From: Deferribacterales bacterium
Lineage (GTDB): Bacteria; Chrysiogenota; Deferribacteres; Deferribacterales; Geovibrionaceae
Assembly (NCBI GenBank): GCA_050251945.1
Contig: JBFWLW010000006.1
Location: 1 to 64,000 of the forward strand
DNA length: 64,000 nucleotides
Direction: 5' to 3'
The first letter of the stretch is position 1. Every line of letters starts with the position of its first letter. Below the pieces are notes generated by a model. That model was given only the letters and a program-made list of their open reading frames with translations, did no database searches and was not told the DNA's origin. The position numbers and the translations under genes were made by a program. Shown in pieces: positions 58,214 through 64,000 of this stretch.

Positions 58214-58949
58214 AAACCTGACTTTTAAACTGAAAAACGGCAGAAAAATTCTGGATGACGTATCCTTTTCACTTGGTGCGGGGGAACTTTGTGCCGTTAT
58301 CGGACCGAACGGGGCGGGTAAATCCACCATGATGAAAATTGCCTGTGCCATAATGAAACCGTCATACGGAGCTGTAACGGTCAAAGATAAAAAAATATCG
58401 GGGATGAAACGTCCGGAAATAGCAAAACACATAGCGTACCTGCCGCAGTTCACCCACGCCGTACCCTGTACGGTTTACGATTCTGTGCTTCTTGGGCGCA
58501 AACCCCACATAAGCTGGCACCCCGGGCAGACCGACAGAAACATCGCGGACAAAGTAATGACCGAGATGGGAATCGACAGTATGCGGGACAAATGCGTTAC
58601 GGAGATATCAGGAGGCGAGTTTCAGAAAACGCTCATAGCCCGCGCGCTGGTTCAGCAGGCGGAAATACTTATGCTGGACGAGCCGATAAACCACCTCGAC
58701 GTGAAAAACCAGCTCGACATCATGGACAGCATTGCAGAAATAACAAAGCGCTCAAAACTTGCCACTCTGGTTGTCATGCACGACCTGAATCTTGCAATGC
58801 GCTATGCTGAAACGATTATGCTGATGAACGACGGAAAGATACTTTATTACGGAGGCAGGGACGGGCTTACGGACGAACATCTGACGGAAGCTTATAGAAC
58901 TGAGATAAGTATCAGACAGGTGGAGGGTAAATACGCAGTGATATTTTAG
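58200..58949 (+). CDS. Metal-chelate ABC transporter ATPase
   Basis: GPNGAGKST, ISGGEFQ, LDEP and HDLN motifs. Confidence 0.92.
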   Translation: MLTAENLTFKLKNGRKILDDVSFSLGAGELCAVIGPNGAGKSTMMKIACAIMKPSYGAVTVKDKKISGMKRPEIAKHIAYLPQFTHAVPCTVYDSVLLGRKPHISWHPGQTDRNIADKVMTEMGIDSMRDKCVTEISGGEFQKTLIARALVQQAEILMLDEPINHLDVKNQLDIMDSIAEITKRSKLATLVVMHDLNLAMRYAETIMLMNDGKILYYGGRDGLTDEHLTEAYRTEISIRQVEGKYAVIF

Positions 58950-58962
58950 GCAAATATAAAGA

Positions 58963-59029
58963 GAGATTGCTTCGCTCACGCTCGCAAAGACAAGCCGTCT
59001 CTGCGAGGGCTTCTGCCCGAAGCAGTCTC
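58963..59029. repeat. REP-like dyad, family A, between convergent genes
   Basis: GAGATTGCTTCG..CTCGCAAAGAC / GTCTCTGCGAG..CGAAGCAGTCTC. Confidence 0.8.
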
Positions 59030-59030
59030 A

Positions 59031-59147
59031 TTATTTATTTGTTTTCTTCGGTTTGCAGAGTTTCTCTTTTTTGTTGGACTGCGCTCCGCATTTTGAACAT
59101 TCAAACTCTTTGTCTTTCTTCGGTTTTTCTCCGCATTTCTTGCTCAT
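59031..59147 (-). CDS. 38-aa Cys/Lys-rich microprotein (absent from ORF track)
   Basis: MSKKCGEKPKKDKEFECSKCGAQSNKKEKLCKPKKTNK; ATG overlaps the ppk1 TGA (ATGA). Confidence 0.7.
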   Translation of the reverse strand: MSKKCGEKPKKDKEFECSKCGAQSNKKEKLCKPKKTNK

Positions 59148-61171
59148 AGCTTCGCCTTCTGGGTGTAGAGTTTATGGTTGTTCTCTATAAGATAGTCCTG
59201 ATAGTTCAGTTTGTCTTTAGTTCCTTTCACTTTCACATATTCAGAGTCCTTCTGCATCCACACCTTCTGGTTGTCGCGGAGGTTCAGGTCAAGGATATTC
59301 AGCAGGAAGTTTCGACCCTCTTTCTTTGTTACCTCGAAGAAAAGCTCGACGCGCCTGTCCATGTTGCGCTCCATCCAGTCGGCAGTGCTGAAAAACACCC
59401 TCTTTTTTCCGCCCGCATGAAAATATATGATCCGCGGGTGTTCAAGAAATCTGCCCACGATACTGCGCACGCGGATATTCTCCGTCACGCCCTTAATACC
59501 GGCTTTGATTCCGCAGATACCCCTGACGATAAGCTCTATTTTAACTCCCGCACAGGAAGCCTCTATGAGCTTGTCTATCAGCTTCTTATCTATTACGGCG
59601 TTGACCTTCACTATCATCTTCGCCTCTTTGCCCGCTTTAGCAAAGGCGATCTCCTCGTCAATAAGCTCAAGCACCTTAGGCTTTATGTATTTCGGCGCGA
59701 GATAGAATCTGTTCCACGTGCCTATGTCGGTGTAGCCCATAAGGAAATTGAACATTGCGGCGCTGTCTTTGCCTATCTCTTCATCCGCCGTGATATAGTC
59801 GATATCAGTGTAAATACCAGCTGTAAACTCGTTGAAGTTGCCGGTGGACATGTGCGAATAACGCATCACCCGTCCGCTCTCTCTGCGGACTATCATGAGA
59901 TTTTTCGCGTGTATCTTAAGACCTGCTATGCCGTATGTAACTATGCAGCCCGCCTCTTCAAGCATATTCGCCCAATCGACGTTCCGTTCTTCGTCGAAAC
60001 GCGCCTTAAGTTCTATGACAACACTGACGTGTTTTCCGTTTTGCACCGCTCTGATAAGGCTTTCCAGAATAGTAGAGTTCTTGTTTGCCCTGTAAAGAGT
60101 CATCTTTATCGCCATAACGTCAGGATCTGCGGCGGCAGTCGCCACCATTCGGGAAACCAGACCGAAGTCATGAAACGGGCGATACATAATGATATCCTGC
60201 TTTTTTATCTGCTCAAAAATGTCCATGCTGCCGTCGATATATTCAGGCAGAATCGGCTTAAAAGGCGGATAGCAAAGGTCGGGGCGTTCCCCCGCTACAG
60301 AGAACAGGGACGTCATATCTATTATGTCGTCGATTATGTATACGTCGTTCTTTGAAAAGTGCAGGTGTGATTCCATATGATCCAATATCTCCTGCGGCAG
60401 GCGGCTGTCGGTCTCGACACGGCAGATGCCCCCCTTTTTACGGGATTTCAGGAAATTCTGAATTGAAAGGAGCAGGTCGTCTGATTCCTCCTCATCAAGC
60501 GTGAGGTCGGCGTTCCGTGTGACCCTCAGCAGATAGCTGTCAAGAACTTCATAGTCGGGGTAAACAATATTAAGGTATTTTGTAAGTATATCTTCCGTAA
60601 AAAGAAAATATATCTTATCCAGTTTAACGCGAAATATCCTGCGCAGGTTCTCCGGCAGGATAATTATGGAGTGGTGAACGACGCCGTCCTTTTTGATAAG
60701 CACATAAAGGCACAGGCGCAGGTTGTGTATGAACGGCATGGGGTTGTTTGAGGAGAGAGTCACCGGGGATATGACGGGGTATATCTCCTCGTTGAATATC
60801 GCTTCGGTGATATCGTCCAGATTAGCCGTCAGAGTGGGGGCTATCATGATGTTCTCTTTCTCAAGATCCTTTTTCAGTCCTGCGAATATCTCCTGACGCA
60901 GACCGGTCAGCTCGTGCGCCTTAGCGCTGATATGCTCAAGCTGTTCCTCCGGCGTGCTTCCGGATGCATCCAGCTTTGTATAGCCCGCTTCTATCTGGTC
61001 GCGCAGACCGCCCACGCGTATCATGAAGAACTCGTCGAGGTTGGATGAAAATATTGCCAGAAATTTCAGACGCTCAAGAAGCGGGACGGATGAATCCACC
61101 GCCTCCATCATTACCCGCCTGTTAAATTCCAGCCAGCTAAGTTCTCTGTTTATGTACGGACTGATACTCAT
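59144..61171 (-). CDS. ppk1: Polyphosphate kinase 1
   Basis: INRELSWLEFN, ELKARFDE, KIHAK and RFLEH motifs. Confidence 0.96.
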   Translation of the reverse strand: MSISPYINRELSWLEFNRRVMMEAVDSSVPLLERLKFLAIFSSNLDEFFMIRVGGLRDQIEAGYTKLDASGSTPEEQLEHISAKAHELTGLRQEIFAGLKKDLEKENIMIAPTLTANLDDITEAIFNEEIYPVISPVTLSSNNPMPFIHNLRLCLYVLIKKDGVVHHSIIILPENLRRIFRVKLDKIYFLFTEDILTKYLNIVYPDYEVLDSYLLRVTRNADLTLDEEESDDLLLSIQNFLKSRKKGGICRVETDSRLPQEILDHMESHLHFSKNDVYIIDDIIDMTSLFSVAGERPDLCYPPFKPILPEYIDGSMDIFEQIKKQDIIMYRPFHDFGLVSRMVATAAADPDVMAIKMTLYRANKNSTILESLIRAVQNGKHVSVVIELKARFDEERNVDWANMLEEAGCIVTYGIAGLKIHAKNLMIVRRESGRVMRYSHMSTGNFNEFTAGIYTDIDYITADEEIGKDSAAMFNFLMGYTDIGTWNRFYLAPKYIKPKVLELIDEEIAFAKAGKEAKMIVKVNAVIDKKLIDKLIEASCAGVKIELIVRGICGIKAGIKGVTENIRVRSIVGRFLEHPRIIYFHAGGKKRVFFSTADWMERNMDRRVELFFEVTKKEGRNFLLNILDLNLRDNQKVWMQKDSEYVKVKGTKDKLNYQDYLIENNHKLYTQKAKL

Positions 61172-61261
61172 ATCAAACCGACCCCCTGTGTAACTATTGA
61201 CATCCGGAATGCGCCGCGCATCAGACCCGGTTGAGAGGCTGACGCGGCAGTTTCAAAAAAT

Positions 61262-62779
61262 TTATTCGTAAAGGATTCTTGCTTCAAGCTCTATAGGGAT
61301 ACCGAAAGTATCGGTGAATATTTTGCTTTTTTCGCTGAAAGCATGTTTTTCAAGGAATGCCATGCATTTACATTTCGCCTTTATAACAACTTTTCCGGTC
61401 TGTATGTCCACATCAAAATCCTGAACTATGTCCATGTGTGACGCATCCAGTGAATCGGCTATCCTCAGTATGCTTACCAGTTTCTTTATAATGAGCTGTT
61501 TCTCAACGGGAAAATAGTGATATTTCTGCTCAAACCACTTGTCCACGTCGCCGTTGTGCATCAGCACAAGGTACGAAACAAGCTTGACATGCTCTCGCGG
61601 AAGTCCCGGAATCTGCAGAGACTGTACAAGATAGTAAGAGTGCTGATTATGTTTCACCGAGTCGATGTAATAGCCCACATCGGAAAGAACCGCCGCCGCT
61701 TCAAGGATGAATTTCTCCATCCTGCCCAGAGAGTGCAGAGGTTTTAAGGCATCAAACAGCTTCATGGAGAACCTGACGGTGGTGTCGGCGTGCTGTCTGT
61801 CCATGTTGAACCGCTCGCCAAGCGCATATACGGTGTTGCGTACGCGGGTGAAAAATCCGCGGTCGCGAACCGTCTTCGTGTGGAAAAGACTCAGCATGTG
61901 AGGGAACGGCATCCTTGAAAACCGCACATGGTTAGTACCTATAAAATCCATCAGTTTCAGATATGTCACCAGTGTCGGAACAAGAACGCTCGCCTCGTCC
62001 TTCCTTATGTTCATAACGGTCTGTATCGTATCTCTGGGGAGCTGTTTAACGCGGTCGTAAAGCTCTTCCAGCTGCTTTCTGGAAAGCATGTTTTTTTTCG
62101 GCTGAAAGATGTTCAGAAGAACGTTCAGCGACGAACCTGCACTGACAAAATATTTAAGTTTGCATCCCGCAGGGAGTGCGCTTTTCATGGAATAGCACAT
62201 CTTTTCGACGTACTGTTCGTATGCCTTATACCTTATGCGGGCAGGGATATCACCGAAGATACGGCGAAGTCTCAGCGACCCGTACGGAAGCGCGCCGGAA
62301 TAGATATTCTGTTCGTCCTTAAGGATTGCCATGGCTATGTTTCCGCTGGATATGTTTGCCAGCAGAACACCCTCTTTCTCATAGTCGTCAAAGCCGTCTA
62401 TGTCGTTTTTGACACTCACAAATTTTATGTATATCTCGTCTGAGGGCTGGATGACCTCAAGCTCAATGCCTGTCTCCTGACGGATATGGTTGATGAAGAA
62501 CGCCTGATTGCCCGCCTCCCGCACACCGCTGGTGCAGACTGCCGCATAGTTCTTCTTTATGCCGTATTCATCCATCTTGGTCTTAAATTTTTTCAGTATG
62601 TCGGTGGAGGCGTACACGCTTTCAAGCGAGATATACCCCTTGGTAAAGGTGTCCCTGCCCAGCCTGAAAGGCTTTATCAGGTATTCGAGGGTACGCTCCT
62701 CTCCGTTAACGTATTCGCTTATGTGCATTCTGAAGGCGCTGGCGCCTATGTTTATGGCAGCAAAGATTCCGTTCTTCAT
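61262..62779 (-). CDS. Ppx/GppA-family protein with degenerate motifs
   Basis: ASKHA fold (CTSGVREA, GSLRL) plus C-terminal HD-like domain; NISSG replaces DIGGG. Confidence 0.8.
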   Translation of the reverse strand: MKNGIFAAINIGASAFRMHISEYVNGEERTLEYLIKPFRLGRDTFTKGYISLESVYASTDILKKFKTKMDEYGIKKNYAAVCTSGVREAGNQAFFINHIRQETGIELEVIQPSDEIYIKFVSVKNDIDGFDDYEKEGVLLANISSGNIAMAILKDEQNIYSGALPYGSLRLRRIFGDIPARIRYKAYEQYVEKMCYSMKSALPAGCKLKYFVSAGSSLNVLLNIFQPKKNMLSRKQLEELYDRVKQLPRDTIQTVMNIRKDEASVLVPTLVTYLKLMDFIGTNHVRFSRMPFPHMLSLFHTKTVRDRGFFTRVRNTVYALGERFNMDRQHADTTVRFSMKLFDALKPLHSLGRMEKFILEAAAVLSDVGYYIDSVKHNQHSYYLVQSLQIPGLPREHVKLVSYLVLMHNGDVDKWFEQKYHYFPVEKQLIIKKLVSILRIADSLDASHMDIVQDFDVDIQTGKVVIKAKCKCMAFLEKHAFSEKSKIFTDTFGIPIELEARILYE

Positions 62780-64000
62780 ACCAGCCTTACGGGGAGTTTT
62801 AAAAGCTTAACAAGCATGTCCCGATTTCTTTCAAAGTCTTTTATCTCAAGGGTAATGTCCTTGTCGGATATGGGCTTGATGTCTATGGAAACATTTGTAA
62901 CAGTGATCTCAAGTCTGTCTATCAGTCCCTTGTGGGTTCTGTCCAGAGCGATGGCAAGCCTTAAAAGAGCCGCCAGTTTTTCAACGCGAAGCTGCATCGC
63001 CGGCAAAAGCGAGATGAACTCATCGTGTGCCGTCTTCGGCATACTTTTTCTGTGATATCTGGCTATGCTGGCTATCGCCTCGATCTCCTCATGGGTATAC
63101 CCCACAAGCTCGGAATGTTTTATCATATAATAAGAGTGCCTGTGATGTTTTGAATAGGCGATATGTTTACCTATGTCGCGCAGTAATGCCGCCGCTTCAA
63201 GAAGCGACCAGTCGCGTTCTATAAGCCCCATACGGTCTTTCAGCCCGTCAAAGAGCATTTTCGCCAGTTTCTCAACCTGAAAAGCGCCCGCTTCGTCAAA
63301 ATCGAACTTATTGCCTATCTCCACCAGTCTTGAATAGCGTACGCTGTCCATGCTGTTCTGGAACGGCAGTTCGATGCCCATTTTGTTTATGGTGTCTATG
63401 GTAAGCCCTGCACGCAGTCCGCCAGTCAGGGTGTAAAATCCGTCTATTCCGGTCTCTTCCAGTATCATATCCGTCTGAATCGCCGCGGAAAGTATGATAT
63501 CCGCACGTTTCTCTTCCATCCCCTCTATCTTTATGCGCTCTTCGTTGCTCTTCATCCTGATGTCGCTGATGAATTTTTTCAGAAACTTCCGCTCAACGTA
63601 TTTAACAAGGCTGTCGCGGAGGTTCTTGTCCTTATAGTGGCAGATGTAACCCACGTTGTTCATGGAGCCGCCGGTGCATATCACCATTTCAAGCCCCCTG
63701 CCCAGCTTCATCCTGTCGATAAATTCCGCGATATGCTCTTTCATGGCAAGTACCTGCGCGGACGTAGGAGGGTCCCCTTCCAGAAATTCGCGGGTGAGCC
63801 TGTTGCAGCCAAGAGGAAGGCTTTTTGCTTTTTCAACCTCGCCGTCTCTGACAACGGTATATTCGGCACTTCCGCCGCCTATGTCTGTTATCAGCGCGTA
63901 GCGGTCTTTCAGCTCAAAATTTGCGCTCGCCGCCAGATATGTCAGCCGCGCTTCCTCCTGTCCGCTGATGACCTCAACTTTTATTCCGCATTCCTGCTCT
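62776..64000 (-). CDS. ppx: Exopolyphosphatase Ppx/GppA (5' part outside window)
   Basis: Frame open to the window edge; ISGQEEARL, DIGGGSAE, RADII motifs, HD-like tail. Confidence 0.88.
   Translation of the reverse strand, partial: EQECGIKVEVISGQEEARLTYLAASANFELKDRYALITDIGGGSAEYTVVRDGEVEKAKSLPLGCNRLTREFLEGDPPTSAQVLAMKEHIAEFIDRMKLGRGLEMVICTGGSMNNVGYICHYKDKNLRDSLVKYVERKFLKKFISDIRMKSNEERIKIEGMEEKRADIILSAAIQTDMILEETGIDGFYTLTGGLRAGLTIDTINKMGIELPFQNSMDSVRYSRLVEIGNKFDFDEAGAFQVEKLAKMLFDGLKDRMGLIERDWSLLEAAALLRDIGKHIAYSKHHRHSYYMIKHSELVGYTHEEIEAIASIARYHRKSMPKTAHDEFISLLPAMQLRVEKLAALLRLAIALDRTHKGLIDRLEITVTNVSIDIKPISDKDITLEIKDFERNRDMLVKLLKLPVRLV

Noticed and set aside
61213..61248. Hairpin between the ppx-like gene and ppk1 as an ncRNA
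   Set aside because: A single short stem with no recognisable family features

Overview
This is a 64-kb, mostly core-genome window from an anaerobic respiring bacterium; gene content and protein style tentatively suggest Deferribacterota, which is an unverified inference. Core genes, in order: transaldolase; jag-yidC-yidD-rnpA-rpmH; rplU-rpmA-obgE-DciA-like-def; a complete nuoA-N complex I operon followed by a ferritin-like gene; rluD; rpsF-ssb-rpsR; dapL; 5'-nucleotidase; a ybcL/ybcM-like pair; a MenK/MqnK-like radical SAM gene; an isolated dnaA; purMN; a RomR/PopZ-like receiver protein; coaD-rsmD; the rnc-fab-plsX-rpmF cluster; hisEF; a Crp/Fnr plus TonB receptor/methyltransferase/ABC uptake module; ppk1; and two ppx paralogues. 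Mobile DNA: an intact IS3-family element inserted in a terminator loop, the edge of a probable IS630-like element, two REP-like palindrome families and an ERIC-like palindrome. Most notable: (1) the complex I NuoEFG module carries HydABC/Bfu electron-bifurcation signatures; (2) at the hisE 3' end, a synonymously recoded duplicate of the gene tail (att-like scar) brackets two tandem MITEs separated by 18-20 bp palindromic repeats; (3) small ORFs absent from the ORF track: L34, a 38-aa Cys/Lys microprotein coupled to ppk1, and a 20-aa ORF before acpP; (4) a probable CTG start codon. No tRNA, rRNA or CRISPR array was seen. All calls come from reading the sequence; no searches were run.
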